This document shows positions 9,012 through 19,063 of a stretch of DNA of 64,000 bases, one piece after another. The position numbers and the translations under genes are program-made. Below the pieces are notes generated by a model that did not search any database, was not told where the DNA came from, and worked only from the letters and a program-made list of their open reading frames with translations. Origin of the DNA: Candidatus Avelusimicrobium fimicolum. GTDB lineage: Bacteria > Elusimicrobiota > Elusimicrobia > Elusimicrobiales > Elusimicrobiaceae. Position 1 is the stretch's first letter. Each line of letters opens with the position of its first letter. The stretch lies in the NCBI GenBank assembly GCA_900541355.1, contig UQJU01000002.1, positions 7,987-71,986 on the forward strand, given 5' to 3'.

Positions 9012-9773
9012 ATGGGTGGACATTCGCATTGGGCCGGCATTAAACATAAAAAGGCCCTCGTTGATGCCAAAAAAGGCAAAGTATTTACTAAAATTTTAAG
9101 AGAAATCACCATCGCCGCAAAAATGAGCGGCGGTAACCCGGACCAAAACCCCCGCTTGCGTAAAGCCGTGGACGACGCCCGCGCCGCCAATATGCCGTTT
9201 GATAACGTCAAACGCGCTATTATGAAAGGTACAGGCCAGTTGCCCGGTGTTTCATATGAAGAAATCACTTATGAAGGCTACGGCCCCGGTTCCGTGGCCG
9301 TCATTGTGGAATGCACCACGGACAATAAAAACCGCACTTTCTCGGAAATCCGCAAAATCTTTACCAGCCACGGCGGCAATACCGGCACCGCGGGGTGCGT
9401 ATCCTATATGTTCAAAAGCAAAGGGATGATTGTCGTTAAAAAGGAAGATATTTCCGAAGATGATTTGATGAATTTGGCCTTGGAAGCCGGCGCGGAAGAC
9501 GTCCGCACGGCAGGTGATGTGTATGAAGTTATCACCAACCCGGATATGAACGAATTGGAAGCCGTCAAAAAGGCCATTGAAGCCAAGGGCATTACGCCCG
9601 AATCGGCTGATTTGACAATGATTCCCGATACGGAAGTTTCCATTACTGACGAACATACGGCTGAGACCTTGATGAATATGCTGGAAGCGTTGGACGATCA
9701 CGACGACACCAAAAACGTCTATGATAACTCCAACATTGACGAAGCCGTTATGGCTAAGTTGGAAGCCAAATAA
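9012..9773 (+). CDS. yebC: YebC/PmpR family DNA-binding transcriptional regulator
   Basis: 253 aa. N-terminus MGGHSHWAGIKHKKALVDAKKGKVFTKILREITIAAK is near-universal for YebC. Confidence 0.85.
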   Translation: MGGHSHWAGIKHKKALVDAKKGKVFTKILREITIAAKMSGGNPDQNPRLRKAVDDARAANMPFDNVKRAIMKGTGQLPGVSYEEITYEGYGPGSVAVIVECTTDNKNRTFSEIRKIFTSHGGNTGTAGCVSYMFKSKGMIVVKKEDISEDDLMNLALEAGAEDVRTAGDVYEVITNPDMNELEAVKKAIEAKGITPESADLTMIPDTEVSITDEHTAETLMNMLEALDDHDDTKNVYDNSNIDEAVMAKLEAK

Positions 9774-9781
9774 GAGGCCTC

Positions 9782-10351
9782 TTGCAAGAGCATACAACCA
9801 CAGTTTTAGGTATAGACCCTGGTTTAGACAGAACGGGATGGGCAATCCTCACACGGAACGCCCGTTCCGTTTTGTCTTTACGCGCCTGCGGGCTTATCCA
9901 CACCGGGGCCGACCAAGAACTGCCCAAACGTCTTTCCTATATTTTTGACGAACTGACTAAAATTTTGCAAACCTATACGCCCGACCAGGTAGCAATGGAA
10001 CAAAACTTCTTTTTAAAACGCGCTACCACTATGGCCAATACGGTTATGACGCGCGGAGTGATTATCCTCGCGTGCGAACAGGCCCAAAAACCGATTACCT
10101 TTTATCCGCCAAAACGCGTAAAACTAATGATTTGCGGTACCGGCACCGCAGACAAGAAACAAGTCCAGCGTATGGTACAACTGACACTTAATTTGGATAA
10201 AGCTCCCTCGCCCGATGACACCGCTGATGCGGTGGCGATTGGAATATGCCACTTAAAAACAGCACCGCTCAACAATATGATTAACATCAAGGCGGCCTTT
10301 TTAGCCAAATTAAAAGCCGCCAAAGAAGCCCAAATTTCTAAAAAGCGCTAG
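9782..10351 (+). CDS. ruvC: Holliday junction resolvase RuvC (TTG start)
   Basis: 189 aa. Contains VLGIDPGLDRTGWAI, the RuvC catalytic Asp motif. Shine-Dalgarno AAGAGG at 9772-9777. The yebC-ruvC synteny is conserved. Confidence 0.85.
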   Translation: MQEHTTTVLGIDPGLDRTGWAILTRNARSVLSLRACGLIHTGADQELPKRLSYIFDELTKILQTYTPDQVAMEQNFFLKRATTMANTVMTRGVIILACEQAQKPITFYPPKRVKLMICGTGTADKKQVQRMVQLTLNLDKAPSPDDTADAVAIGICHLKTAPLNNMINIKAAFLAKLKAAKEAQISKKR

Positions 10352-10354
10352 TTT

Positions 10355-11599
10355 ATGGAAAACGTCATTTTGGCGGGTGTAACCCTCAAAACCACCCCAT
10401 ACGATACATCTTCGCTGGAAGAATTAAAACGTCTTGCCCACACGGCAGGCGGTACGGTTGTGCATACCTTTCAAATCCGCGTACAGGCCTTTAACTCGGC
10501 CACGCTTATCGGCAGCGGCAAAATGGAAGAAATCGCCGAAACAGTGCGACTGACAAATGCCCAAACGGTTATTTTTGATGACGAAATTTCCCCCGCCCAA
10601 CAAAAAAATTTGGAAGAAATTATCCCCGCCAAAGTTATTGACCGGACCCGGTTAATTTTAGATATTTTCGCCCAACGCGCACGCACGCAAGAGGGCAAGT
10701 TGCAGGTAGAACTGGCGCAATTAAAATATTTGCTTCCGCGTTTAGGAGGGCAAGGCACCGCACTAATGCAACAAAAAGGCGGTATCGGCCTGCGCGGACC
10801 GGGGGAAACCAAACTGGAATATGACAAACGCCGGCTGCGCCTGCGTATCAGCAAATTGGAAAAGGAAATTGAACAAGTAAAAAAAGAGCGCGGCTTACGG
10901 CGGGAACGCCGCACACAAATTCCTTTGCCGCAAATTGCCATTGTGGGTTATACCAATGCGGGAAAAAGCACCCTTTTAAATGTGCTGACGCGTCAAAACG
11001 CGGTTTATGCGGATGACAAACTTTTTGCCACATTGGACCCGACCACCCGCCGCGTGCATATGCCGGCCAGCGGAGAAATGCTGTTTACGGATACCGTGGG
11101 ATTTATTCAAAAATTGCCACACAGTTTAGTAAGTTCCTTCCGCGCGACTTTGGAAGAAACCTCGTTTGCGGATGTGATTTTACACGTCCACGATGCGTCG
11201 TCCCCCCACCGCAACGCTCAGGCAGAAACCGTGCGCCAAATTATTACCGATTTGGGCGCGCAGACGATTCCGGTTATTGATGTTTTTAATAAAATTGACT
11301 TACTTTCCCCTGCACGGCTGGCCCTGTTGCAAGCGCAGAACCCGCAAGGTTCGTTTATCAGCGCAGGAAACAAACTGGGCCTTACGGAACTATTGGAACA
11401 AGTAGAAGAAAATGTGGCACGCCGCTGGAAACTGCGCCGCCTTACATTGGAGCCAAAGGCGCGCGGGCTTATCGGTTTTATCTACGGCAAAGCCCTGGTC
11501 AATGGGCAAAAAGAATTGCCGTCCGGTGCTTTGGAATTAACCCTTATGGCCACAGACGGCAACTACCACAGTATTCTAAAAAAACTCACTTCTTTTTAG
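10355..11599 (+). CDS. hflX: GTPase HflX
   Basis: 414 aa. HflX N-domain is followed by the G1 motif [17 protein letters not shown] characteristic coiled-coil linker lies between the domains. Confidence 0.85.
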   Translation: MENVILAGVTLKTTPYDTSSLEELKRLAHTAGGTVVHTFQIRVQAFNSATLIGSGKMEEIAETVRLTNAQTVIFDDEISPAQQKNLEEIIPAKVIDRTRLILDIFAQRARTQEGKLQVELAQLKYLLPRLGGQGTALMQQKGGIGLRGPGETKLEYDKRRLRLRISKLEKEIEQVKKERGLRRERRTQIPLPQIAIVGYTNAGKSTLLNVLTRQNAVYADDKLFATLDPTTRRVHMPASGEMLFTDTVGFIQKLPHSLVSSFRATLEETSFADVILHVHDASSPHRNAQAETVRQIITDLGAQTIPVIDVFNKIDLLSPARLALLQAQNPQGSFISAGNKLGLTELLEQVEENVARRWKLRRLTLEPKARGLIGFIYGKALVNGQKELPSGALELTLMATDGNYHSILKKLTSF

Positions 11600-12737
11600 C
11601 ACTTTTGGGGGCTGTCTTTTTGACGACCTTTTTTATCTGCCCGTAACTTTCCAACGGTTGCACATTGGGGGTGTCGCGGTATTCGGTTAGTACCCGCCGG
11701 ATAAAGCCCAAAGTAGTGTTTTCGCTAAATCCGTTGAATAAAAATATTTCACTCCCGTACAAGGCATAGCGTTTGCGGGCCGCTTCGGGCAGTTGGTTTA
11801 ACGATTTGGCAGACACAATTCCCACCAAGCCGGAGGCGCGCTTTTTCCCGCCGTTATACACGGGCAAAAATACCCCGCCGCCGGAATTGCCTTTTTCCAC
11901 TCCAAACCCCGCCGAAAGCCACGGGGCGGCATTATCACCAAAGTATAAGATTTGTCTGGGAGAAGAAAGCATTTCAAATGCACCGCGTGTCCAGCGCGGC
12001 ACTAAAATATTACTTAACAAAAATTTTTCGTCCTTATCGCTGTATGTAAGCAACGGCGCCAAACGCGGAGCCATTGCTCCGTCCCATTGTCTTTTGAGTA
12101 AAGGCGCGGCTTCGGCGGCGGCGCGGTATTCGTCCGCATCCTGTTCCAACGCCTGCGCTTGCTCGGTCAGTTGGCGGGCAATTTGCGCTTGCCCGTCTGC
12201 CGCATATTGGCGGCTCTGCTCATACAGCCGGGCGGACTCTTTTAAAGCCTCATCCGTCTTTTTTTCCCAAAAGCCCCTATCCAATGTGAGAAGGAAATCC
12301 TTTTCCTTGACTTTTCCGTAAGCATCGTAATATTCATAGCGCGCTTGGCGGGCATTAAAATAAATAAGTGCCATATCCCACGCAGGCAGTTCCCCGCGCC
12401 TGGGCTGCACACCGGGCGGAAGCGTGTATTCGTCTTGGTATTCCTCGGGAAGGAAAACATTTTTTTGCGAAAGCACCGCCGCCGCACGCGCCGGGCCGAC
12501 AGCCAGCCACATACGCATTTGGCACGAGTAATTTTTACACGGGCTTACACAATGCGCCGCCGTCAAAAACCAATTTTTATGAAACCGTACCGCCTGGCAA
12601 GACACGGTTTGCGTTTTGCCCCGCACGGTAAAAGTTAATTCATATTCCTTTTGGGCATAGTCAAAGGCATCCTGCGCACTCGCATAACCGGCCCCCAAAA
12701 GAAAGAGCGATAAAAGATAAAAACGGAGTTGTTTCAT
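11586..12737 (-). CDS. Secreted trypsin-like serine peptidase (S1 family)
   Basis: 383 aa with a signal peptide. His active-site motif WFLTAAHCV is present. The Ser-motif region reads GNSGGGVF, a GDSGG variant. Confidence 0.6.
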   Translation of the reverse strand: MKQLRFYLLSLFLLGAGYASAQDAFDYAQKEYELTFTVRGKTQTVSCQAVRFHKNWFLTAAHCVSPCKNYSCQMRMWLAVGPARAAAVLSQKNVFLPEEYQDEYTLPPGVQPRRGELPAWDMALIYFNARQARYEYYDAYGKVKEKDFLLTLDRGFWEKKTDEALKESARLYEQSRQYAADGQAQIARQLTEQAQALEQDADEYRAAAEAAPLLKRQWDGAMAPRLAPLLTYSDKDEKFLLSNILVPRWTRGAFEMLSSPRQILYFGDNAAPWLSAGFGVEKGNSGGGVFLPVYNGGKKRASGLVGIVSAKSLNQLPEAARKRYALYGSEIFLFNGFSENTTLGFIRRVLTEYRDTPNVQPLESYGQIKKVVKKTAPKSAKKK

Positions 12738-12807
12738 ATTGTTAGTATATATAAAAAACCTTTAAAATACCAATGAAACCACAAATAAATGCCCTAAATT
12801 TAATATA

Positions 12808-13446
12808 ATGAGATATATGATTACTACAATTACTATCCTCGTTTTGTTTAGTTACTTACTCGGGTCCGTCCCGACCGGCTACATGATTGCCAAACACGTT
12901 ATGGGTATTGATATCCGTCAACACGGCTCCGGCAACCCCGGCGCGGCAAATGTGTACCGTACGGTGGGCAAATGGGCCGGCATCAGCACCTTTTTAATTG
13001 ACGGCTTAAAAGGCTTTATCCCGGTGTGTCTGGCGCGCCATTTCTGCCCGGACAATTACTGGGTGGCTATTGCTTGCGGGGTAATTGCCATTTTGGGCCA
13101 TATGTGGACGATTTATTTAAAATTCCGCGGCGGAAAAGGGGTAGCCACCTCGGCGGGCGTATTTGCCGCCCTACTGCCTATTCCTACCGCAATTGCGTTT
13201 GCCTCGTTTGTGGTGTGCGTAGCGCTGTGGGGCCGCATTTCCATTGGTTCTATTTGCGCCTGCGTGGTTTTGCCTGTATGCAGTTTTCTTATCGGCAATC
13301 ATCCGCTGTCCGTTAATTTAATGGTAACGGCCGTCAGTGCGTTAGTTATTTATAAGCACGTTCCCAACATCAAGCGTCTGCTCCAACAAAAGGAATTAAA
13401 ATTTGAAGACGGCGCCAAAAAGAGAAAAGAAAATGAACATAAATAA
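12808..13446 (+). CDS. plsY: Glycerol-3-phosphate acyltransferase PlsY (likely true start at ATG 12817, leaderless)
   Basis: Contains GSGNPGAANVYRTVG, the PlsY signature. TATAAT at 12804-12809 overlaps the first ATG, so a transcript starting about 7 nt downstream would begin at the second ATG (12817). Confidence 0.85.
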   Translation: MRYMITTITILVLFSYLLGSVPTGYMIAKHVMGIDIRQHGSGNPGAANVYRTVGKWAGISTFLIDGLKGFIPVCLARHFCPDNYWVAIACGVIAILGHMWTIYLKFRGGKGVATSAGVFAALLPIPTAIAFASFVVCVALWGRISIGSICACVVLPVCSFLIGNHPLSVNLMVTAVSALVIYKHVPNIKRLLQQKELKFEDGAKKRKENEHK

Positions 13447-14437
13447 AATTACCGTTTTCGGCGCAGGTATTTGGGGCAGTGTAATTGCCCAACACCTCGC
13501 GCGCAAAGGGTACAATGTCAGCCTGTGGGAATACAACGAACAGTTGTTAAATGTTCTTAAAACAATGGGCAGACACCCCAATATCCCGAACTTTAAAATT
13601 CACGACAATATCCGCTTAACCGGCAACGTGGCCGAAGCGGTCAAAGATACGGATTTAATCATTTTTGTCATTTCGTCCAAGGCTATCCGCGATTTCTGCC
13701 GCGAACAGTTAAAGCCTCTTTTAAATGGGCGTGTCGTACCTGTGGTAAGCGCGTCCAAGGGGATTGAGGACAAGTCTTTTAAAACAATTTGCGAACTGAT
13801 TGAAGAAGAATTACCGCAATTAAAGGATAAAGCATTAGCCTTTTCCGGCCCGAGTTTTGCGCTGGAAGTGGCGCAAGATGTGCCGACCAAAATTATGCTT
13901 GCTGGCAAAGACCCTGCCTTGGTGGACGAAATCCGCGACATAATGAGCGGGGACCCGATTATTGTAGTGCCGTCCTCCGACAGGCGCGGAGTAGAATACG
14001 GCGGCGGTATTAAAAATGTATTGGCTATCGGCTGCGGTGTCATTGACGGCATTGGCGACGGAGCCAACGCAAAGGCCGCCCTCATCACGCAAGCCTTGCA
14101 GGAAATGAACGATATTATTGTCAGTCAAGGCGGGCAGTCCAATACCGTGTACAGTTTGGCAGGTTTTGGAGATGCCATTTTGACAGGTATGTCTGCTATT
14201 TCCCGCAACCGCCGTTTGGGCGAAAAACTAGGCTCCGGTCTCTCTTTGGAAGAAGCCAAAAAGGAAGTGGGAACCATTGCCGAAGGTGTAAATTCCGTGC
14301 AAAGCGTTTACGACATTGCACGCAAAAACAATTTAAAAACCCCTATCGTAGATGCTATTTGGAAAATTGTCTGCGAGGGTAAAAAACCGTGGGTGCTGTT
14401 GCACGCTATGGGCTTTACCAACCGGGGAAACAAATAA
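13433..14437 (+). CDS. gpsA: NAD(P)H-dependent glycerol-3-phosphate dehydrogenase
   Basis: MNINKITVFGAGIWGSVIAQHLA carries a Rossmann GxGxxG motif. The plsY-gpsA synteny is conserved. Start chosen at the internal Met of ORF 13403-14437. Confidence 0.85.
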   Translation: MNINKITVFGAGIWGSVIAQHLARKGYNVSLWEYNEQLLNVLKTMGRHPNIPNFKIHDNIRLTGNVAEAVKDTDLIIFVISSKAIRDFCREQLKPLLNGRVVPVVSASKGIEDKSFKTICELIEEELPQLKDKALAFSGPSFALEVAQDVPTKIMLAGKDPALVDEIRDIMSGDPIIVVPSSDRRGVEYGGGIKNVLAIGCGVIDGIGDGANAKAALITQALQEMNDIIVSQGGQSNTVYSLAGFGDAILTGMSAISRNRRLGEKLGSGLSLEEAKKEVGTIAEGVNSVQSVYDIARKNNLKTPIVDAIWKIVCEGKKPWVLLHAMGFTNRGNK

Positions 14438-14486
14438 TTTTACCGCTTGGGCTGTTAAAAAGCCCGGCACAAGACAGGATTGCAAT

Positions 14487-14750
14487 ATGAATAAGGACGA
14501 CGTAATAAGACATCTTACCCGGCACGTTTTGGATAAAAAGCAAGCCAAAATGTCCGTAGATAAAGTATTTGAAATTATCAAGCACGGCTTAAAGCGCGAC
14601 GGCAAAGTGGTTATCAGCAATTTTGGCTCCTTCCACTTAAAAACAGCCCGCCCTGTTACACGCCGCAACCCCAAAACAGGCGACAAAGTGCAAGTACCCG
14701 CCAAGGAAAAAGTGCGCTTTAAACCCTCCGAAAACATTTTAAAGAAATAG
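14487..14750 (+). CDS. hup: HU/IHF family nucleoid-associated DNA-binding protein
   Basis: 88 aa. MNKDDVIRHLT ... ISNFGSFHLKTARPVTRRNPKTGDKVQVPAKEKVRFKPS shows the typical HU beta-arm RNPKTG motif. Confidence 0.8.
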   Translation: MNKDDVIRHLTRHVLDKKQAKMSVDKVFEIIKHGLKRDGKVVISNFGSFHLKTARPVTRRNPKTGDKVQVPAKEKVRFKPSENILKK

Positions 14751-14765
14751 TTTTCCTAATATGAA

Positions 14766-14798
14766 AAGCCCCCGGTTTTATAGCCGGGGGCTTTTTTT
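14766..14798 (+). terminator. Rho-independent terminator after hup
   Basis: Hairpin agcccccgg-ttttata-ccgggggct followed by a T-run. Confidence 0.7.
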
Positions 14799-14800
14799 GT

Positions 14801-15470
14801 GTCTAGAAAACCACCGGCTAGGCCGGTGGTTCAGTAAGGTTCTACCGTTCCGCAAGACAAAAAAACTCCTTTTGTATAATAAATTGCCTGTGCTAGCAGG
14901 CAATTTAACAAAAGGAGGTCATTGTTATGTCCAATGACTTAAATAAGTTATCACATACAACGTGGAACTGCAAGTATCATATTGTATTTGCGCCAAAATA
15001 TCGTCGGCAAGTATTTTACCGTGAAAAGAGGGTGGAGATAGGGAAAATACTACGCAAATTATGCGAATGGAAAGGGGTAGAGATAGTAGAGGCGGAAGTA
15101 TGCCCTGATCATATCCATATGCTATTATCAATACCCCCGAAATACAGCGTAGGGAGTGTAATGAGGTACATAAAGGGGAAGAGTAGTTTATTAATATATG
15201 AGCGATGGAAGAATATGCAGTATAAGTATAAGAATCGGGAGTTTTGGTGCCGAGGGTATTATGTAGATACGGTAGGGAAGAACAAGGTAAAGATAGCAGA
15301 ATATATAAAAAATCAATTACGAGAGGACCAATTAGGAGCGCAACTGCCATTTGATAAGAGCCCGTGGGAAGGGAATAAGCGGAAGTGAACGCGAGCGACA
15401 GGATGTTGAGACGCGTTACACGCGTGGCTAGTAAGGAGGGGCAGGGCCCCTATGTGAAAAACCCCCGGCT
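14801..15470 (+). mobile_element. IS200/IS605-family insertion sequence (TnpA only)
   Basis: Contains a Y1 HuH transposase ORF flanked by subterminal hairpins (accaccggctaggccggtggt at the left end; acgcgttacacgcgt and ggggcagggcccc at the right end). GC is visibly lower than in surrounding DNA. Boundaries are approximate. Confidence 0.7.
14927..15388 (+). CDS. tnpA: IS200/IS605 family transposase TnpA (Y1 HuH)
   Basis: 153 aa. HuH motif HIHML is present, and the RGYYVDTVG region provides the catalytic Tyr. Highly typical IS200 TnpA sequence. Confidence 0.85.
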   Translation: MSNDLNKLSHTTWNCKYHIVFAPKYRRQVFYREKRVEIGKILRKLCEWKGVEIVEAEVCPDHIHMLLSIPPKYSVGSVMRYIKGKSSLLIYERWKNMQYKYKNREFWCRGYYVDTVGKNKVKIAEYIKNQLREDQLGAQLPFDKSPWEGNKRK

Positions 15471-15504
15471 TTGCCGGGGGATTGTTATTTTGTAACCAAA
15501 TCCA

Positions 15505-15954
15505 CTATCTTTGGGTTCCGCCCAACAGCAACATTAAAATAGTCCAAATAGTGCCACAGCAAACGCCCCAAGTCCACAAAATCCGCGCAACTACCGTCGG
15601 CCAGGTATAAGGAGACATCATCCACGGATAAACAAACGCGGCTACTCCTATCAGGCCCACGCACGCCGCCAGCACACAACCGGCCACCTCAGCCGCCTGA
15701 ACGGGCAAGGCCCGCAAAATGGGCACGGGTAAGAAGAAACATATAAACCAAACTAGCCATACGCCTATGGCGGCGGGAATAAAAAGCCACAAGGACATTT
15801 GCCCGGCCAGCATACTGCTCCAAAGCCAAAAGTACAAACGCCCGGGGAGTTTTAACAGGAAAAGCCCCCACCGCCAGCAAATCCAAACTAAAATTACCCA
15901 ACTGACTAGGCCGATAAGGATTTGCACCCATTTTTTTTGAAGGAATTTTTGCAT
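15505..15954 (-). CDS. Hypothetical Trp-rich polytopic membrane protein
   Basis: 149 aa with 4 predicted TM segments and unusually many Trp. No family recognised. Confidence 0.5.
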   Translation of the reverse strand: MQKFLQKKWVQILIGLVSWVILVWICWRWGLFLLKLPGRLYFWLWSSMLAGQMSLWLFIPAAIGVWLVWFICFFLPVPILRALPVQAAEVAGCVLAACVGLIGVAAFVYPWMMSPYTWPTVVARILWTWGVCCGTIWTILMLLLGGTQR

Positions 15955-15985
15955 AATTTAAAGGGTACCTTATGGCCCTGACAAT

Positions 15986-16708
15986 TTATAAAACTTGTTT
16001 GAGTTCTACGGGCAAGTTCCGTTTGGCTACGCGCACTACGCTGTGCGTATTGGTCTTTTTATCCATACCAAAAATGTTCACACGGTACAGTACGACCATT
16101 TTGCCGTCTTGCTCAACAACGTCCTGAATTTCAAACACCTTATCCGGCCAGTTCCCCGCAGATTCTAGCGTAATAATATTATCCTTGGCAAAATTGGCCT
16201 GCGGGTATTTGCCGCGCGCCACGCGTTTAAATGCCTTGTACTCGTCCGCCGTTTTAATGACACGCACCTGCACAGGCACGCTAATCATAGAAATTTTGCT
16301 TTCTTCCTCCGGCAGTTGACGGGGCATTGTAGCATTGGGAACGATATGGTCCGCCGAACCTAAATGAACGGGCGTTTTGGGTGTTTTGGGGGCCGGTTCT
16401 TCCTCTTCCTGTTGGGTTGCTGATGGCAGAAAGGTAATCTTTTCCACCCCTTGCATTTTGATATTGGGCAAATGGCTGGGCACCGTGGAAGCATCCTTGT
16501 AATCTTGCGGGGGCTCATCCTCACCCGGCAGGTCAGCAGGCCCCGTGGGGTCAGCAAGATTAACCAGGAGCAGAGAACTGCTGCCCGACACCTCGGCTAC
16601 CACAGGCTCCGGCATACGGAAGCAATCCCACACGCGCATACACGCCACCCCGGCCAAAAACACCAGTACAAACGCGCACGCCAACCGGATATTGCGCTTA
16701 TTTTTCAT
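15986..16708 (-). CDS. Hypothetical membrane-anchored protein (N-terminal TM, Pro/Glu-rich linker)
   Basis: 240 aa. Its start overlaps the queF stop by 11 bp, so it is probably co-transcribed. Confidence 0.5.
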   Translation of the reverse strand: MKNKRNIRLACAFVLVFLAGVACMRVWDCFRMPEPVVAEVSGSSSLLLVNLADPTGPADLPGEDEPPQDYKDASTVPSHLPNIKMQGVEKITFLPSATQQEEEEPAPKTPKTPVHLGSADHIVPNATMPRQLPEEESKISMISVPVQVRVIKTADEYKAFKRVARGKYPQANFAKDNIITLESAGNWPDKVFEIQDVVEQDGKMVVLYRVNIFGMDKKTNTHSVVRVAKRNLPVELKQVL

Positions 16709-17114
16709 TTGTTTTCTCGTAATGGGCCGTAATTACAGAGCGCAAGCCGCCGCGGGGCGTAAACACGCCGGTAACAGTGGCTTTTTTGGGGTGGCAGGCT
16801 TTTACTACATCATCCAAAATTTTATTGGCGGTGTTTTCCATAAAAATACCCATATCGCGGTATTCCAACAAATAGTATTTCAGCGATTTGAGTTCCAGGC
16901 AAAGTTCATCGGGGATATACTCAATCGTAATGATGCCAAAGTCCGGCAAACCCGTCTTGGGGCAGACAGACGTAAATTCCGGCAATTCAATTTTAATATT
17001 ATAATCGCGTTTGTACTGGTTGGGCCAGCATTGGATTTCCGGCAAAACAACATCCGCATTTTTGCGGGCGTGTGCAGTAGTATAACCAAAGTCAATATCG
17101 TTTGTATGTGTCAT
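16698..17114 (-). CDS. queF: NADPH-dependent 7-cyano-7-deazaguanine reductase (preQ1 synthase)
   Basis: 138 aa. Contains FTSVCPKTGLPDFGIITIEY, the QueF catalytic Cys motif, and a YYLLEYRD region. Confidence 0.8.
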   Translation of the reverse strand: MTHTNDIDFGYTTAHARKNADVVLPEIQCWPNQYKRDYNIKIELPEFTSVCPKTGLPDFGIITIEYIPDELCLELKSLKYYLLEYRDMGIFMENTANKILDDVVKACHPKKATVTGVFTPRGGLRSVITAHYEKTNEK

Positions 17115-19060
17115 TTTATGTTAAGCATCCTTGTTGAATTTAAAAAGACAAGCCCAGCCACCGCTAACGCGCCGCCGACAATCCACGTCCACCCGGCCTG
17201 GGGCATAAACCATATCAGCCCCGCACAGCCAACAAACGTAACCAAAACTGCCAGCAACACATTAACCGTGATAATCCGGTGCAACTTCTTATTTATTTTA
17301 AATAAATCTGCCACCGGGTACAAGTCCCGGCTTTTAATTAGTACGTCCACCCAGTTATTATATACGTTCCGGCCGGAGGAATAAACCACCCCGGCATCAG
17401 CCCGCAACAAAGCAATAATATCGTTAAAACCGTCCCCCACCATTAATACGCGTTTGCCCAAAGCACGCAAGTTGGAAATAATTTCCGCCTTGGTTTTGGG
17501 CAGTACATTGGCATTTATTTTTGCGATTCCCGCCTCTTTGGCAATTGCCGACACGGAAGATTCGTTATCCCCGGAAATCAAAATAACTTCTTTACCAAGT
17601 GATTTTAAGAAAGCAACCAATTCTCTGGCTCCCGGACGCAATTCGTCCGCCAGCGTTAAATAACCCAGATATTTCCCATTTTTGGCTACGCAAATGACGG
17701 CTTCGTCCGCGTGGACAATTTTGGCCGCCGTTTTAATATTTTGCTCCTCTAACCATTGGGTCCGGCCCGCCAAAATTTTATCCTCGCCGCTGGTGGCGGA
17801 TACTCCCAAACCGGGGAGCACATCAAAGCACAAAAGCGGTTTAGGCGATATTTTATGCTCCTTGGCGCACGCGGTTACGGCATCGGCAAACGGACCGTCC
17901 ACCAGTTGTTCAGCGGTGGCAACCGTTTCCAATAATTGGCGTTGGGAAACTTTTTTGGCCGGATAAATGCCAGATACCCGCAATTCGCCATAAGTGAGCG
18001 TACCTGTTTTATCAAAAAACACCGTATCGGCGCGGACAATTTCGTCCAAGGCGTAAATATTTTGCAATTTAATTTTTTTTGTGTGCGCGCCACGGCGGGC
18101 AAAAAATGACGGGGATACCGCTGCAAACACCAAGGCCGCCGGGCAGGACACCGCCAACATAAATAAAAAAACCCCGGAATATAAAAACCACTCTTTACTG
18201 CCCGTTGCGTAAAGCAGTCCTGCATAAGCCCCCGCCGCAAACAAAACAGACAGAGGCAGCACCCAACAGGCAAAACCGTCTAATGCACTTTTAAAACCAC
18301 TGCGCGCCAATTCGCTTTTTTTTATGGCAGAAACCACACTCATCAAGGCGGACGCGGATAAAACCTCGGTAACTTCCACATACATCTCCGCCGATTTATT
18401 AAGCGTCCCCGCAAACACCCGGCTGCCAACATTTTTAGAGGTAGGCAACATATTGCCTGTAATTAATTGCTCATCAACAGAGGTTTTACCTTGCTTAACG
18501 GTCCCGTCTGCGGGCAAGCGTTCTCCGGGTTTTACAAAAATAAGGTCGCCTTTTTTTAATTCCCCGGCAAAGACTTTTCTAAAACTGCGCCCCACGCACA
18601 AGCGGCCCGATTTAGGCAGGAAATCATCTAATTTTTTAACAAACACACGGGACCGCTCCTTTTCTTTTACCAAGCGGCGCTCCGCCCATAAAGAAAGCGT
18701 AATAAAAAGCGAGGTGTACAAATACAAATCCGGCACCGGGCCAAAAAGCGGAACCGTTAAAAACACATTTAAGGCCGAATATAACAACCCGGCCGTAGTA
18801 ACCGACGCCGTCAACACCGCCCAAGAAATATTCCCGCTCCAAACATCTTTTAGCGCTGTGCGCAAAAATACGTCTGCACAAAACAAATAATTCATCAAAC
18901 ACAAAATAAAAATGCCCACGTCCGCGTGGCGGAACGTGAGCGAAAACAAAATAAGCACCAGAAAGCAAAAGGACAAGAAAAAACGGTATGTATAAGCCTT
19001 GGACGGCACCGCTAGCGCCGCCGAAACCGGGCGGGAATACTTACGCAAGATTACCCCCAT
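17111..19060 (-). CDS. P-type cation/heavy-metal translocating ATPase (P1B-like, no N-terminal metal-binding domain)
   Basis: 649 aa. DKTGTLT phosphorylation motif and GDGFND hinge are present. TM6 motif is SCP (CPx-type). Overlaps the queF start by 4 bp. Confidence 0.8.
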   Translation of the reverse strand: MGVILRKYSRPVSAALAVPSKAYTYRFFLSFCFLVLILFSLTFRHADVGIFILCLMNYLFCADVFLRTALKDVWSGNISWAVLTASVTTAGLLYSALNVFLTVPLFGPVPDLYLYTSLFITLSLWAERRLVKEKERSRVFVKKLDDFLPKSGRLCVGRSFRKVFAGELKKGDLIFVKPGERLPADGTVKQGKTSVDEQLITGNMLPTSKNVGSRVFAGTLNKSAEMYVEVTEVLSASALMSVVSAIKKSELARSGFKSALDGFACWVLPLSVLFAAGAYAGLLYATGSKEWFLYSGVFLFMLAVSCPAALVFAAVSPSFFARRGAHTKKIKLQNIYALDEIVRADTVFFDKTGTLTYGELRVSGIYPAKKVSQRQLLETVATAEQLVDGPFADAVTACAKEHKISPKPLLCFDVLPGLGVSATSGEDKILAGRTQWLEEQNIKTAAKIVHADEAVICVAKNGKYLGYLTLADELRPGARELVAFLKSLGKEVILISGDNESSVSAIAKEAGIAKINANVLPKTKAEIISNLRALGKRVLMVGDGFNDIIALLRADAGVVYSSGRNVYNNWVDVLIKSRDLYPVADLFKINKKLHRIITVNVLLAVLVTFVGCAGLIWFMPQAGWTWIVGGALAVAGLVFLNSTRMLNIK

Positions 19061-19063
19061 ACT

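Noticed and set aside
9252-9845. 197-aa minus-strand ORF
   Set aside because: Antisense to yebC and the ruvC start; Phe/Gly-rich nonsense typical of antisense frames.
16545-17384. 279-aa plus-strand ORF
   Set aside because: Antisense to queF and the P-type ATPase; low complexity, no start context.
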